A stretch of 64,000 nucleotides of DNA from Octopus sinensis. Its lineage: Eukaryota. A model generated the notes under the pieces. That model had not been told where the DNA came from, did no database searches, and saw only the letters and a list, made by a program, of their open reading frames with translations. Position 1 is the first letter of the stretch, and each line of letters starts with the position of its first letter. The DNA lies in the NCBI RefSeq assembly GCF_006345805.1, contig NC_042997.1:102982001-103046000 (forward strand), given 5' to 3'. A program made the translations under genes and the position numbers. This document shows, piece by piece, positions 28,533-40,880 of the stretch.

Positions 28533-29414
28533 ATATAATACAGATATATGCACTTTGTATATATAAAAATTATTATATATACATATTTATATATAGATAC
28601 ACACACATATAAATTAACCCAATAAATATCTGATTCATAATATTTGTTGTCATGATTGAGTGGTTGTGTTGGCGATGATAATTCTCTCTATGAATGCAGA
28701 CAGACGTAGAGAGTGAGAGTGTGTGAAAGCGCTGTGAAAGGCAGGGAGGGGAGATAACGGATGCTGTGAAACGACGTTATAAAGAGAAAGTGAATGTAAG
28801 GTAGGTAGACGCTGTGAAACGACGTTATAGATAGAATGTGAAAGGAAGGGAGAAAAGTGAGTGAGTGATGGAGGAAGATAGATATATAAAAGAATGAGAG
28901 TGTTGGATGTTTTGTTTGTTGGACCAATGTATTTAGGTAGTATTGTTGTATTGTTTTAAAACGAAAGAGGCATTGTGTTTGTTTCAAAAATTAAAACATC
29001 TGTAATAGTGAATGAAATTAGAATTCACACCCAGCTCAGTTTTGTAGAAAGAGTATCACGATGTGAACTCATGAGTTGGGAGTTTGACTGAGAGAGTTTA
29101 TATGGTGACACATGCCAGTCCTTTCGACACCACCTAAACAATGGAATAGTGTATAAAATGTAATTAACAACTCATTCACTTTATGAATGTCTTATGTTAG
29201 CGAAGAAACAATAACTTGACAAAACCGTTTAATGGAGACGTAGAAGGAATCGGAAAATGAGGAATAAAGAGAATGAGTTGGATCAAATGTTTGCAAACAT
29301 CTGAACCCAACGTTCATTATGAACCATGTTCTTTTTAATGTCTTTATTTTCAAGAATGAAGAGATAATGAAGAGGTGCAAAATAAAAAATCAAGCAAAAT
29401 TTCATGACTTACAA

Positions 29415-29764
29415 TCAGTTTTCTTTTGTCAGAGCCTCCTGATAAACCACGTTCCTTGTGCGCTCATGATTGCCAAGAATGAAGAGTTTATGTGGATTTC
29501 CAACTCGAGAACAGGCTACGTACAATTGACCATGACTGAAAACCGGTTGTGACAGGTTAATGCCTACAATGTCCAGTGATTGTCCCTGTACCTGTTGATT
29601 GTCATCGCGAAGCATAATTTTATCGGAAATTGAAAGCGTTTAAATTGAATGGGAACATCAGAGGGTGAAATACTCATTTTATGTATCATTTTGATTGTTC
29701 CTACAAATGGTCCACTCAAAATTTCAGCAGTTATAACATGGCTTTGAATCCTCCTAATAACCAT
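29415..29764 (-). pseudogene. Helitron PIF1 helicase C-terminal remnant
   Basis: RFQFPIKLCFAMTIN / QGQSLDIVGINL..PVFSHGQLYVACSRV / TRNVVYQEAL, frameshifted. Confidence 0.92.
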
Positions 29765-29937
29765 TTATATATATAACCATAGTTATATATATATATATAT
29801 TATATATATATATTATATATATATATATGTAGGTCCCGGGTTGATTCGGGGTTAACCACAGTAAATAAGGTACTCAATCCTGAAGATTTCTCTTGAATGA
29901 AACAGTTCTAGTCCCGTAGAAGCTCCTTCTATATAAT

Positions 29938-29989
<52 letters not shown>

Positions 29990-30013
29990 ATATATATATT
30001 ATATATATAATAT

Positions 30014-30086
30014 ATCTAACTATAAATCTCACTAAAACTAAAGAGGCGACCCAGTGAGAGAGGGAGAGAGTGAGGAGGAGAAAAGT

Positions 30087-30117
<31 letters not shown>

Positions 30118-30330
30118 ATATAATATATATATATCTATATATATATATATATATCTAACTATAAATCTCACTAAAACTAAAGAGGCGACCCAGTGACGGT
30201 GAGAGTGAGGAGAGAAAAGTTACGCATATATATATATATATTTATATCATATATATATATATCTAACTATGAATCTCGATCTAAAATTAAAGAGGCGGCG
30301 ACGGGAGAGAGTGAGGAGAAAAGTTACGCA

Positions 30331-30396
<66 letters not shown>

Positions 30397-30459
30397 AACT
30401 ATGAATCTCACTAAAACTAAACAGGCGACCCATGACGGTGAGAGTGAGAGGAAAAGTTA

Positions 30460-30533
<74 letters not shown>

Positions 30534-30692
30534 AACTATGAATCGATCTAAAACTAAGAGGGGCGACGAGGGAGAGAGTGAGGAGAAAAGTTACGCATAT
30601 ATATATATATATCTAACTATGAATCTCGATCTAAAACTAAAGAGGCGGGACGGGGGGAGAGGGAGAGAGGGAAAGTTTACGCATATTATATA

Positions 30693-30737
<45 letters not shown>

Positions 30738-30924
30738 TATAACTATGAATCTCACTAAAACTAAACAGGCGACCCAGTGACGGTGAGAGTGAGGAGAAAA
30801 GTTACGCATATATATATATATATATATATATCTAACTATTAATCTCGATCTAAAACTAAAGAGGCGGCGACGGGAGAGAGTGAGGAGAAAAGTTACGCAT
30901 ATATATATATATATATATATATAT

Positions 30925-30972
<48 letters not shown>

Positions 30973-31269
30973 GCGTTTGACTGAGGCTACAATGAGTAAT
31001 AGGGCCATGTTTGAGGCTCTTTACATAACTCTCCAACAAGATTTGCGTCACAATACAAAAATAATGGGTGGAGCTACGTTTCTCATGGAAGGAGATTTTC
31101 GACAAACTCTTCCTGTTGTCCGAGCAGGCACTAGAGCCGATGAGGTTAATGCATGTATAAAGCATTCTTATGTGTGGCACAGTGTTATCAGTCGCCATAT
31201 ATATGCGTAACTTTTCTCCTCACTCTCTCCCGTCGACGCCTCTTTAGTTTTAGATCGAGATTCATAGTT

Positions 31270-31303
<34 letters not shown>

Positions 31304-31370
31304 CTATGAATCTCGATCTAAAACTAAAGAGGCGTCGACGGGAGAGAGTGAGGAGAAAAGTTACGCATAT
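30014..31370. repeat. Array of ten ~70-bp units separated by (TA)n
   Basis: AACTATGAATCTC..TAAAACTAAA(G/C)AGGCG..GAGAGTGAGGAGAAAAGTTACGC; two variants; one unit inverted. Confidence 0.85.
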
Positions 31371-31589
31371 ATATGGCGACTGATAACACTGTGCCACACA
31401 TAAGAATGCTTTATACATGCATTAACCTCATCGGCTCTAGTGCCTGCTCGGACAACAGGAAGAGTTTGTCGAAAATCTCCTGCCATGAGAAACGTAGCTC
31501 CACCCATTATTTTTGTATTGTGACGCAAATCTTGTTGGAGAGTTCTGTCAAGAGCCTCAAACATGGCCCTATTACTCATTGTAGCCTCA
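30982..31589. repeat. Palindrome with 289-bp arms around a 30-bp (TA)n
   Basis: Arms 30982-31270 and 31301-31589; inverted copy of helicase coding sequence with 3 visible substitutions. Confidence 0.92.
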
Positions 31590-31996
31590 TCCCAAATAAA
31601 AAGACTGCATTCACGAAGAAGTCTTGCTCTTGAGGAACTACGATCCATATTACATATAGGATTATCTTTCTTTCCAATGTCCATGGGCACTTTGAATGCA
31701 CTATGTGCCGTCCGGCCGCCTTGAAGCAGTGTCGCTGCAATACCACTTGAGGCACATGCAATGGCAATTCGACGTTCAGCGCGCAGCTTTGCGAGAATCA
31801 AATTGATAACGAAAGTTTTACCAGTACCACCTGGAGCATTCAAAAAGAAAAGCTTTCCTTGGTTCAATCTAACGCTGTCAATAATTTCATTATAAATCTC
31901 TCTTTGTTCAGGCAAAAGTCTTGGTTCATCTCGCGTACTTGTTTCCGTCAATTCGGCAATGTTGTAGTTTTTTTCTGACATGTATTCAACATCCAA
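31361..31996 (-). pseudogene. Helitron PIF1 helicase N-terminal half
   Basis: FLNAPGGTGKTF, ASSGIAATLLQGGRTAHS, FIWDEATM, GDFRQTLPVV. Confidence 0.95.
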
Positions 31997-32692
31997 AGGC
32001 GCTTCATGATGGACAGTGTTGGCAGATGGAATTCACTTAAACCGCGTATAACATAGCGGCTGATGTGTCTGTCCATGTCGATTAATGCCTCATTATAAAC
32101 ATCGTCGTTGCCATCACGTAGCGCTAAATTAGCCTGTATGTCCTTTGATAGGCTCTGTCTGAACGATTCCCAAAGGTTAAAAAGGTTGCTGGGATTACAG
32201 TGGATTAATATGCTACAAAACAATCGACGCATTTGCCATGGCAGTTTACAATTTGAGGCCTCTGCTAATGTCCTTGTAAGTGGTCGTCATTGAGAAGAAG
32301 TCCGCACCTCAAACATGCTTCCTGTAAGTGGCGCAGATGATACCATCATCCGTGCGAAGATCAGCAAAAGACTTTCGTCCAGTAACTACATGAAGTAGCA
32401 TTCTCAAGAGATTTCCTGTTTGGTAGGATGAATATTATACACACGTCCAATGACGTTCTTCCTAGAAACACCGGTCCAATTGTCAAGTTCTGTTCCATGT
32501 GACCTGCGCTTCCAATTATTGTGTTGTATGTGTAATATTCCGGTACTTCAGGGTAAATGAGAGTAGCAGCAAACTCATCAACTGAACACAATTTAAAAAA
32601 TGCTGTAAGCGTAGTCCCTTTTGGATTTTCAATGACTTGACGTGCATTTTTCTCTGTGAAGTAAACCAGCTGTCTCTTCTGTAAATGAACAT

Positions 32693-33106
32693 TCAGGTGA
32701 AAACTGATGGTGAGCTTAGATGAATCTCGTATCCAAAAATGCGCCACGCTGCATAATTGGAGGATACATACCTACCGAAAACGAATTGTTTAATTTCGTC
32801 ATGTCTAAGGTCTTCATCACTGAACACAAACACGGCCATATCATCGCCCTTATTAATGTACTTGCAGAGGTATTGTATGCATCTCACCGAACTGCAGTAC
32901 TCAACATTAATGTGTGCATTAAATGTTTTGGAAAGCAAAGGGTTGAATGGAACGATCCAGGCATTATCAACATCGAATGTTTTTAGCCGTTGTCTAATTG
33001 TAGTTGTGCGGCCACCCAAACCTGGGTCACATATATGAAAGAGAGGACGGGAAAATGAAATATTTTGCAATGTAAACATGATTTGTTTTAAGAGAAAGAT
33101 TGTCAT
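32693..33106 (-). pseudogene. Helitron Rep (HUH/Y2) remnant
   Basis: VDNAWIVPFNPLLSKTFNAHINVEYC..CIQYLCKYINKG..DEIKQF..GRYVS..AAWRIF. Confidence 0.92.
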
Positions 33107-33348
33107 GATTGTATGTTGGTGGTGGCGATGATAATTATCATTAGGAAAAACATAAGTTGTGGCGATGATAATTCTAGACCCCTTTTCACATTTTGATGAA
33201 GAGAACCCGATTTCATTCGGTCTACTGGGGTCACATATAGGTGTGTGTGTGTGTGCACGCTGTAGAAATTAAATTAGAGATCAAACCACTAATAGGGAAA
33301 TGAAACAGTAAAAAAACAAAAGCATAAAAATATAATATTAGATATATG

Positions 33349-33385
<37 letters not shown>

Positions 33386-33793
33386 TGACAGGTAGACAAT
33401 AGAATGCGATGGCGATGGGGATGGCGATGTAATATTTGTTACTGTCTATGAACGCTGATAGATACATGAGTAAAATGTATAGGAAGCTAAGAGATAAGAG
33501 TGAGTGAAAATGTTCTTGGAAGAGAGTAAATAGCGAGAGAGTGATTTGAGGAAGACTTTACATTAAATAACGGTAGTTGCATTGTCAAATGAAGAGGAGT
33601 GAGAGGGTACTGGAGGAAATAGGGTGAGTGAGGAAGATGGCCCCTAGCAACCACACCTTTTAAGATAGGGATTTCTAAGGTAGCCCACGAGCATTGTCAC
33701 CTCATTCTACATGTCCCTGTAAATTTTGGAGCGAATCGGACGGGATGTAGTGGCATTGAAAGCGATCTAAGCGGTAAAAACGCATTTCAGTTT

Positions 33794-33825
<32 letters not shown>

Positions 33826-33911
33826 ATACAGCATGGCCACAGCTCATGAGCTGAAACTGGAATCAATCAATCAATCAATCATATATATATATATACATAC
33901 ATACATATATG

Positions 33912-33970
<59 letters not shown>

Positions 33971-33974
<4 letters not shown>

Positions 33975-34611
33975 TAAGAAAATGGAGGAATAGATTTCTT
34001 TCAGTCATCAACTACCAGATAATACCAATTCATATAATTTATTAACTAATTATTTAGATTAAATAGGAACATCCAAATCCAACAGAATAATACAGAATAA
34101 AACAATATACATCAATAAGTAAAATAATACCATAAGAATAATACATATAAAATGGATCTTACAGCTGTTTAGGCCCATAGATAATAGTATCTCATTATGT
34201 ATATATGTATATATGCTTATTCTTGTATATGTGTACCTTCTTTAATATTCATATTTGCATTTTATATCTTCATTTTATATCTTTATAATTATACTTTATA
34301 ATCTCTGACTAGGCCTTGAGATATATATATAAGTAACTCATTTTTAATTACATATTACCTCAATACATCTGACTAATATGAGCATAATGAGATACTATTA
34401 TCTACAGGCTGAAACAACTGTAAGATCCATTTTATATGTATTATTCTTATGGTATTATTTTACTTATTGATGTATATTGTTTTATTCTGTATTATTCTGT
34501 TGGATTTGGATGTTCCTATTTAATCTAAATAATTAGTTAATAAATTATATGAATTGGTATTATCTGGTAGTTGATGATTGAAAGAAATCTATTCCTCCAT
34601 TTTCTTATTTT
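33971..34611. repeat. 229-bp inverted repeat (PLE pseudo-LTR inversion) with HHR motif
   Basis: Arms 33971-34199 and 34383-34611; spacer 183 bp. Confidence 0.9.
34301..34426 (+). ncRNA. Minimal type I hammerhead, G8 mutated
   Basis: AUCU-CUGACUA-GGCCUUGAGAUA...UAUCUACAGGCU-GAAAC-AACU-GUA-AGAU; the opposite arm keeps palindrome ACAGCTGT. Confidence 0.65.
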
Positions 34612-34784
34612 GTATTATGAATTTGAGGTAAAGCATTTTACCATCGCCCATATAATACAATAAATGAATGAATTGCATTGTAATTCTTAGCATTTATGTA
34701 TTAACCTTTCTGGGTACTTTACTGGCAGTATATTGGATAAATGATATCCCATAGTGGGTTACACTCATAACCCCTATCTCACTT

Positions 34785-34819
<35 letters not shown>

Positions 34820-34823
<4 letters not shown>

Positions 34824-35912
34824 ACAACTGCTTATGATGTGGCTGATATTCTCAGTGTGAACTCCACAAAGTCTGCATCGGTTGTCACCTTTTACGGTTT
34901 TTCCCGTATCTCTATCCCTTTTGTGGATCAGGTACTTGGTTAATATTTCCTGTTCATGGATTGCAAACGCATACCATTCAAAGTGGGATGTAGTAATCCG
35001 GCTGTTGGTCCATGATAAACTGCTTTGATGATTGCTGTTACTATCATCACGGAACTTTCTAACAACATATCCATGCATAATCTTTTGCTCATATAGGTTC
35101 ATCCTTTCATCTGATGATACGTTGCTGTAGGGTCGGGCGACTTCTTTGGGCATGTATTCTAGACAAAGAGTGTTGCTCAAGGAGCTGTCTCCTAAGCGTT
35201 ATGATGTTATCAGTCTCATGCATGCAAACTTGGTCAAGAGACTCTTGGTGGTTAAAAGATGTTGCCGAAGAGATATGATGCGACATTCAAAGGCATTTAG
35301 GCTCGATGTTAAGCCTCCGCCGCCTTGTTTACGTTTTTGGTAGAGATGGTCTACATTATGTGTGCCTGTTAGTATTTTTCGGTTTTCACATCAGTGGCTC
35401 GGAGCTCATCGAGCGTCCAATCAAGCAGCCCAAGTATTGGTATGAATACTGTCACTGCAAACACATTGTGGGCCACTGTTTTATTAAATGCAGAGAGTTC
35501 TGAGGTCTAAAGTTTCTTTATTCGGCTGTAATATTCTTTAGTGACACGTGTCTTGCTGCAGGTACCGTTGTAAGTTATATTTTCATCGACCCCCCCTAGA
35601 TACCTGTAATATTCCAAGTCAGATACAGGGGAAACAGTCAAATCCTTGATGGAGATATTACTAGTCTAGTTTATAGTTTTCCCCTTTTCACAACCACATA
35701 ACAACATTTATCCTGACCAAACTCCAGCCCTAAATCCTTTGAGAATGTTTTAACAAGGTCAATGCTCTTTTTCATCTCATGGATATCCTTTGCATAAAGT
35801 TTTAAGTCATCCACAAAGAAACAGTGTGTAATTTTGGTATTTCTGTTTCCTTGTGAGCCAGTGAGATATCCTTCAGAATTCCTTAACATGAATGACAAGG
35901 GGTTTACAGGGG
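34820..35912 (-). mobile_element. R4/Dong-like family B fragment (RT to CCHC)
   Basis: THCFFVDDLKLYAK..FGQDKC; SHFEWYAFAIHEQEI; CRLCGVHTENISHIISSCP; 5' junction abuts (CATA)n. Confidence 0.85.
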
Positions 35913-36202
35913 TTTATGTATGTATGTATGTATGTATGTATGTATGTATGTATGTATGTATGTATGTATGTATGTATGTGCGTACGTATGTAAATATATA
36001 TATAAATGCATATATATATATATATATGTACATATGATACATATTTTGATATAACGTGTGTGTACAGTTATGCTTAACATGCTCGTGTACATTCTGATGT
36101 GAAAAGACAATAAGCTGCACTGGTTATCCCGAGAGAAGAAATTCTTATAAACAATATTAATGTAAACACTACTAGACTATGAATGACATCATAGACTCTT
36201 AG

Positions 36203-36410
36203 AATACATGCATTTCTGCGTCATACGCTTCATCAGCTACGTATAATGAATCGTCGTTCATGATTACTAAGAGCTGGTCGCTCTTAATTCAGAATAGCAA
36301 ATGGTGCAGTTGCTGACGTGTAAAACAAATTTGTCAATTTTTCATGGTCATGAACGATGGCTTGGTACATGTAGTTAATGAAATGTAACCACGCAGAAAT
36401 GCATGTGTTC
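36203..36410. ncRNA. Inverted pair of decayed hammerhead-like motifs
   Basis: Minus 36203-36239 CUGAUGA-A-GCGU aug ACGC-A-GAAAUGCAUGUA; homologous decayed copy on plus at 36371-36410. Confidence 0.45.
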
Positions 36411-36859
36411 ATATTGTTGACGCCAGGGTTGGGACAGTCAACTAAGAAACAGGTTTCTTTCGTAGATTTTTAAAACTTTAGTGATACACATTTTACTACA
36501 TATGATTAAGTAATGCGACGAAGCACTACAATGGCTTACTATATATGTCTATGCCACACGACGAAACACTACAAAGGCTAAAAAAGAACCTAACAAAATC
36601 AAAGCAGAAACACAAACGGTATAGAGAATAAGTAATAGAAGAAAGTTTCAGGATGTTCGGATAAGAAATTTGGAGGACAATGTCAGGAACACCAACAAAA
36701 ACATTACAAGTAATAGTTTTTACACATTTCCAACTATTACGGCCCGTTCATATATCAGCTGTGTGAAGACAGACTTCCCCTCAATACTATATAAAAAGAC
36801 AGAATGCTTGAACTTATCACAGCTGCATGAAAAAAATGTTGATAGGAAAATCATTTTAA

Positions 36860-37250
36860 AATGGAACAGCATTTCTTAGACACAACAATAACCGAAGAAA
36901 GCCGAAGAAAAAAATTATATGTCTCTGCTAACGAAAAGACTGATTAAATATCTTAACACACGAAATAATATAACAAGCCCCCCAGAATATATATATGGAA
37001 ATGATCTCCACTGAAAAAAGCAAAATCTAGAGAACTGTATTTCTAAAACTGGAAACATCTAAAAGCACATGCTGAAAATTTCAGCCACATCTCTGACTAT
37101 TTATATAAGTTCCATGAGAAACGGCAGTGGCGGGAGATTAATGCTGGTTACTCTGATCCAATGTTGAGGGTAACTTCTCATCTGTAAATGATTTTTCTCT
37201 AAGCATTTCCTTTAACAGATATCTTTTTAAGAATTACAAGAGTATTTTAT
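36860..37250 (+). pseudogene. Possible decayed Penelope RT C-terminal remnant
   Basis: EQHFLDTTIT..KLYVS.NEKTD..YL resembles the PLE FLD...KxTD region; many disruptions. Confidence 0.3.
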
Positions 37251-37445
37251 ATAGCACCTTAGGGTAATTAGAAAATTATTAACGTCTTGTGTAATATATC
37301 TAACTTTCTTTTTTAACGTATCGTGTAATATATCTAACTTTCTCTTCGTCTCTATGTAATTTTCTTGCCCATCCTCCACATACTTTTTGATCCCCTTGTA
37401 AAAACTCTATTTCATGCATGAATGAAAAATTTTAAATACTGAAAT

Positions 37446-37447
37446 AC

Positions 37448-37478
<31 letters not shown>

Positions 37479-37660
37479 CTTCTTCTTCTTCTTCTTCTTC
37501 TTCTTCTTCTTCTTCTTCTTCTTCTTCTTCTTCTTCTTCTTCTTTCTTCTTCTTCTTCTTCTTCTATTCTTCTTCTTCTTCTCTTCTTCTTCTTTTCTTC
37601 TTCTTCTTCGTCTCTTATTTTCTCTTCTTCTTCTTCTTCTTCTTCTTCTTCTTCTCTTCT
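37446..37660. repeat. (TTC)n microsatellite
   Basis: Direct repeat; source of the poly-K/R/E ORFs. Confidence 0.95.
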
Positions 37661-37750
37661 CATTACCTTGTTGACAGCTGGGCATGCTATATCTATGATC
37701 CAGTATAGTTGGTTTTCTTTCTCAGTTAAGACTATGTCCGGCTTCCAATT
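37661..37750 (-). mobile_element. Dong-like RLE fragment
   Basis: KPDIVLTEKENQLYWIIDIACP..; preceded by (AAT)n and runs into (GAA)n. Confidence 0.7.
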
Positions 37751-37751
37751 C

Positions 37752-37830
<79 letters not shown>

Positions 37831-37831
<1 letters not shown>

Positions 37832-38238
37832 TATGTTTGACTTTTGCTTTATATTTGTACAAGTTGGCTCCAAGTCTCACCCAGAGACCTCAAGAGACAA
37901 CAGGTTGGAAGTTCATGTTGTTGTTATGCCTAGTGTGCTATATATTGGGGGGGGGGATTTTTTGGTGTTGTACTAATGAATGTCTTAAAAAAAAAAATTA
38001 AAAAAAAATTTTTTTTTTAAAAACCGAAAATTATGTTTGTTTTAAACCTTGAGATTACATAGAAAGTATTTTGCGTAGGATATGAGCAGTTCCCATGAGC
38101 ACTATCTTTTGAATTTCTGCCATTTTGGGGTTTCCTGGTATCTGAGTTAGGTAGCTATCAGCCCCTTTTGCTATCATTCCCAGGGCACCTATGACAACAG
38201 GTATTGTTTTAGTCTTCAGCTTCCACATTTTGCTGATT

Positions 38239-38240
<2 letters not shown>
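37831..38240 (-). mobile_element. 5'-truncated Dong family C copy with 3' UTR
   Basis: KMWKLKTKTIPVVIGALGMI..GTAHILRKILSM; (AAT)n both sides; 3' UTR shared with 57540-57660. Confidence 0.88.
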
Positions 38241-38335
<95 letters not shown>

Positions 38336-38342
38336 CTTTATT

Positions 38343-38520
38343 AAGACGGTGTGTTGGCAGAATCGTTAGCACGCTAGACGGAATGCTACATTCTGAGTTC
38401 AAATTGCGCCGAGGTCGACTTTGCCTTTTATCCTTTCGGGGTTGATAAATTAAGTACCAGAGAAATACTGGAATCGATGTAATCGACTCATCCCCACCTC
38501 CCCCAAACTGCCCTTGTGGT
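38343..38520 (+). mobile_element. S4 SINE
   Basis: TGGCAGAATCGTTAGC..GAGTTCAAATT..GCCTTTTATCCTTTCGGGGTTGATAAATTAAGTACC. Confidence 0.85.
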
Positions 38521-38568
38521 AAAAAGATTTGAAATAATAATAATTATTATTATTTATTATTGGTGGCC

Positions 38569-38642
38569 AATAAAGAAAATATTATTATTATTACCTCCCC
38601 CTTCACTAATGGGGAGGTAACAATAATAATATTTTCTTTATT
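38569..38642. repeat. 32-bp-arm hairpin
   Basis: 38569-38600 is the reverse complement of 38611-38642 with one mismatch; 10-nt loop. Confidence 0.9.
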
Positions 38643-38659
38643 AATAATAATAATATTTT

Positions 38660-38860
38660 CTTAGCGAAGGGTGAGGTATGGTTTTCAGTCGTGTTTGTTT
38701 ATTTGTCCGTGGATAAGATATCTAAAGAACTGCCGAATGCATTCGGAGGGAACTTTCAGAGATGTGTGGCCTCATGACTGGCACGAACTAATTAGATTTT
38801 TGGATCGATCCGGTTCCGGACAAGGATTCTGGAATATTTGTTATATTTACTTTACTTTAC
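38660..38860 (+). mobile_element. Helentron/DINE-like non-autonomous fragment
   Basis: GAGGTATGGTTTTCAGTCG TGTTTGTTT..GATCGATCCGG layout typical of such elements; CAAGGATTCTGGA repeated at ~39511. Confidence 0.4.
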
Positions 38861-39239
38861 AAGAAGTATTACGATCTTACGTTCACTTTCAAGTCTTTCT
38901 CTCTGATTATATCACCCTTGGAAGCACACTCATGGTTTCCACGTCAGATATGGCACCGTTGCTGTTTGCAAACCTTTATTTTCGTTTCACTATTATTAAT
39001 TTTACTTGCGTCTCTTTCTTAGTAGAAACTGATGGCTAAAGAATTCAAACTACATAAACAAACGACAGCAAAACCGTTCAGAAATTAACTAACACTAATA
39101 TATTCACAACAATAATAAATTTAATTTATCTTCGAACATTTTTAGTTCTACCAATTTTGAATATATCGTTCCTGTTTAAAATCTCTTACCTACTTGACAA
39201 TTGCATTTCTAGCTCTACCTTAAAGGAAGCTTTACTTCT

Positions 39240-39420
39240 TGGATTCATGTTTTTGTGCACAACGATGTTGTCAAACCCCCGTTAACAGCACCGTATGCAG
39301 GTCCTTTCCATTTTCTTGCACGCACGGATAAATTTTTCACTATAGACCTTGATTGTGAAGACACTATATCAGTAGATAGTCTGAAAAACGCTTTATTAGA
39401 GAAAACTGTCCCTATTCCCA
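39240..39420 (+). pseudogene. Gypsy integrase C-terminal remnant
   Basis: HVFVHNDVVKPPLTAPYAGPF..LARTDKFFTID...TISVDSLK. Confidence 0.75.
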
Positions 39421-39545
39421 CAGCAGATGATACACACACAAAATTACAATCACGGCCCGCACACCCACTTTCGCATTCCATGAGTATCGTTGGGATCGAT
39501 TAGGTACAGGTCAAGGATTCTGGATTATTTTTCCGTTTTTTTTCA

Positions 39546-39605
<60 letters not shown>

Positions 39606-39689
39606 GGCTGCGAGCTGGTAGAATCAGTAGCACGCCGGGCAAAGTGCTTAGCGGTATTTCGTCTGCTGCAACGTATATCCTTAAAGTAT

Positions 39690-39990
39690 ATATGAGCACG
39701 TCTAGCCATGCAACTACACGCATGAGAATATATACATAAAACAAAACATACAAATCTGCACATATTCATTCATGCATACATACAAACATACATACATACA
39801 TACATACATACATACATACATACATACATACATACATACATACATACATACATACATACAGACATACATAAATACATACAAAAATAACCTGTTTTTGAAA
39901 TTCCAAAGAAGGAGCCTTTGATCTAGTTTTGAAACCAGCTCTTTTTCTATTGTCAAGAAATCCTGAAATAAAATTGAATTATGTCGTACA
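39690..39990 (+). mobile_element. 3' UTR fragment of R4/Dong-like family B
   Basis: Homologous to 54380-54660 (minus), including the internal (CATA)n and terminal hairpin. Confidence 0.7.
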
Positions 39991-40237
39991 CACACAAATA
40001 CATACATACATACATACATACATACATGCATACATAATACATGCATACATACATACGTGCACACGAGTGATGTACTTAGGTAAGATGTACTTAGGTACAA
40101 TATCTGAACAAAGATAGCAAATCTTAGCCTCGTTAAATTTTGTAAAGATGTTCCTTCCTCCTCTACTCAATTCAGAAGTGCTTATGATTGCATCAATTTT
40201 GTAAACGGCAAATATAATTGTATAGTTTTACAAGAAT

Positions 40238-40436
40238 AGGCGTAGGCGTGGCTGTGTGGTAAGTAGCTTGCTTACCAACCACATGGTTCCGGGTTCATTC
40301 CCACTACGTGGCATCTTGGGCTAGTGTCTTCTACTATAGCCTCGGGCTGACCAAAGCCTTGTGATTGAATTTGGTAGACGGAAACTGAAAGAAAGCCGTC
40401 GTATATATGTATATATATGTGTGTATATATATGTGT

Positions 40437-40468
<32 letters not shown>

Positions 40469-40768
40469 ATATATATATATATATATAATATATATATATA
40501 TATCTTTATGTGTGTGTGTGTGTGTGTGAGTGTGTGTGTGTGTGTGTGTATATATGTTTGAGTGTCTGTGTTTGTCCTAACAACATCGCTTGACAACCGA
40601 TGCTGGTGTGTTTACGTCCCCGTAACTTAGCGGTTCGGCAAAAGAGACCGATAGAATAAGTATTAGGCTTACAAAGAACAAGTCCTGGGTTGATTTGCTC
40701 AACTAAAGGTCGTACTCTAGCATGGCCGCAGTCAAATGACTGAAACAAGTAAAAGAGTAAAGAGAGTA
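40238..40768 (+). mobile_element. S1 SINE with expanded internal (TA)/(GT) microsatellite
   Basis: Same head and tail as 63471-63951. Confidence 0.9.
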
Positions 40769-40811
40769 AGCTTCCACGTGTTGCGTACGCTTATTCATGT
40801 ATATGTACATG

Positions 40812-40878
<67 letters not shown>

Positions 40879-40880
<2 letters not shown>

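Larger units (their letters stand above)
28620..33815 (-). mobile_element. Decayed Helitron B (Rep motif 3 region to PIF1 helicase), interrupted at ~29770-31370
   Basis: RepHel remnants in order; Helitron-type 5' region TATATAAAACTGAAATG..CCGATTCGCTCCAAAATTT; 3' CTRR and hairpin not found. Confidence 0.85.

Noticed and set aside
30014-30899. Repeat-spacer array resembling CRISPR
   Set aside because: The spacers are only (TA)n of variable length.
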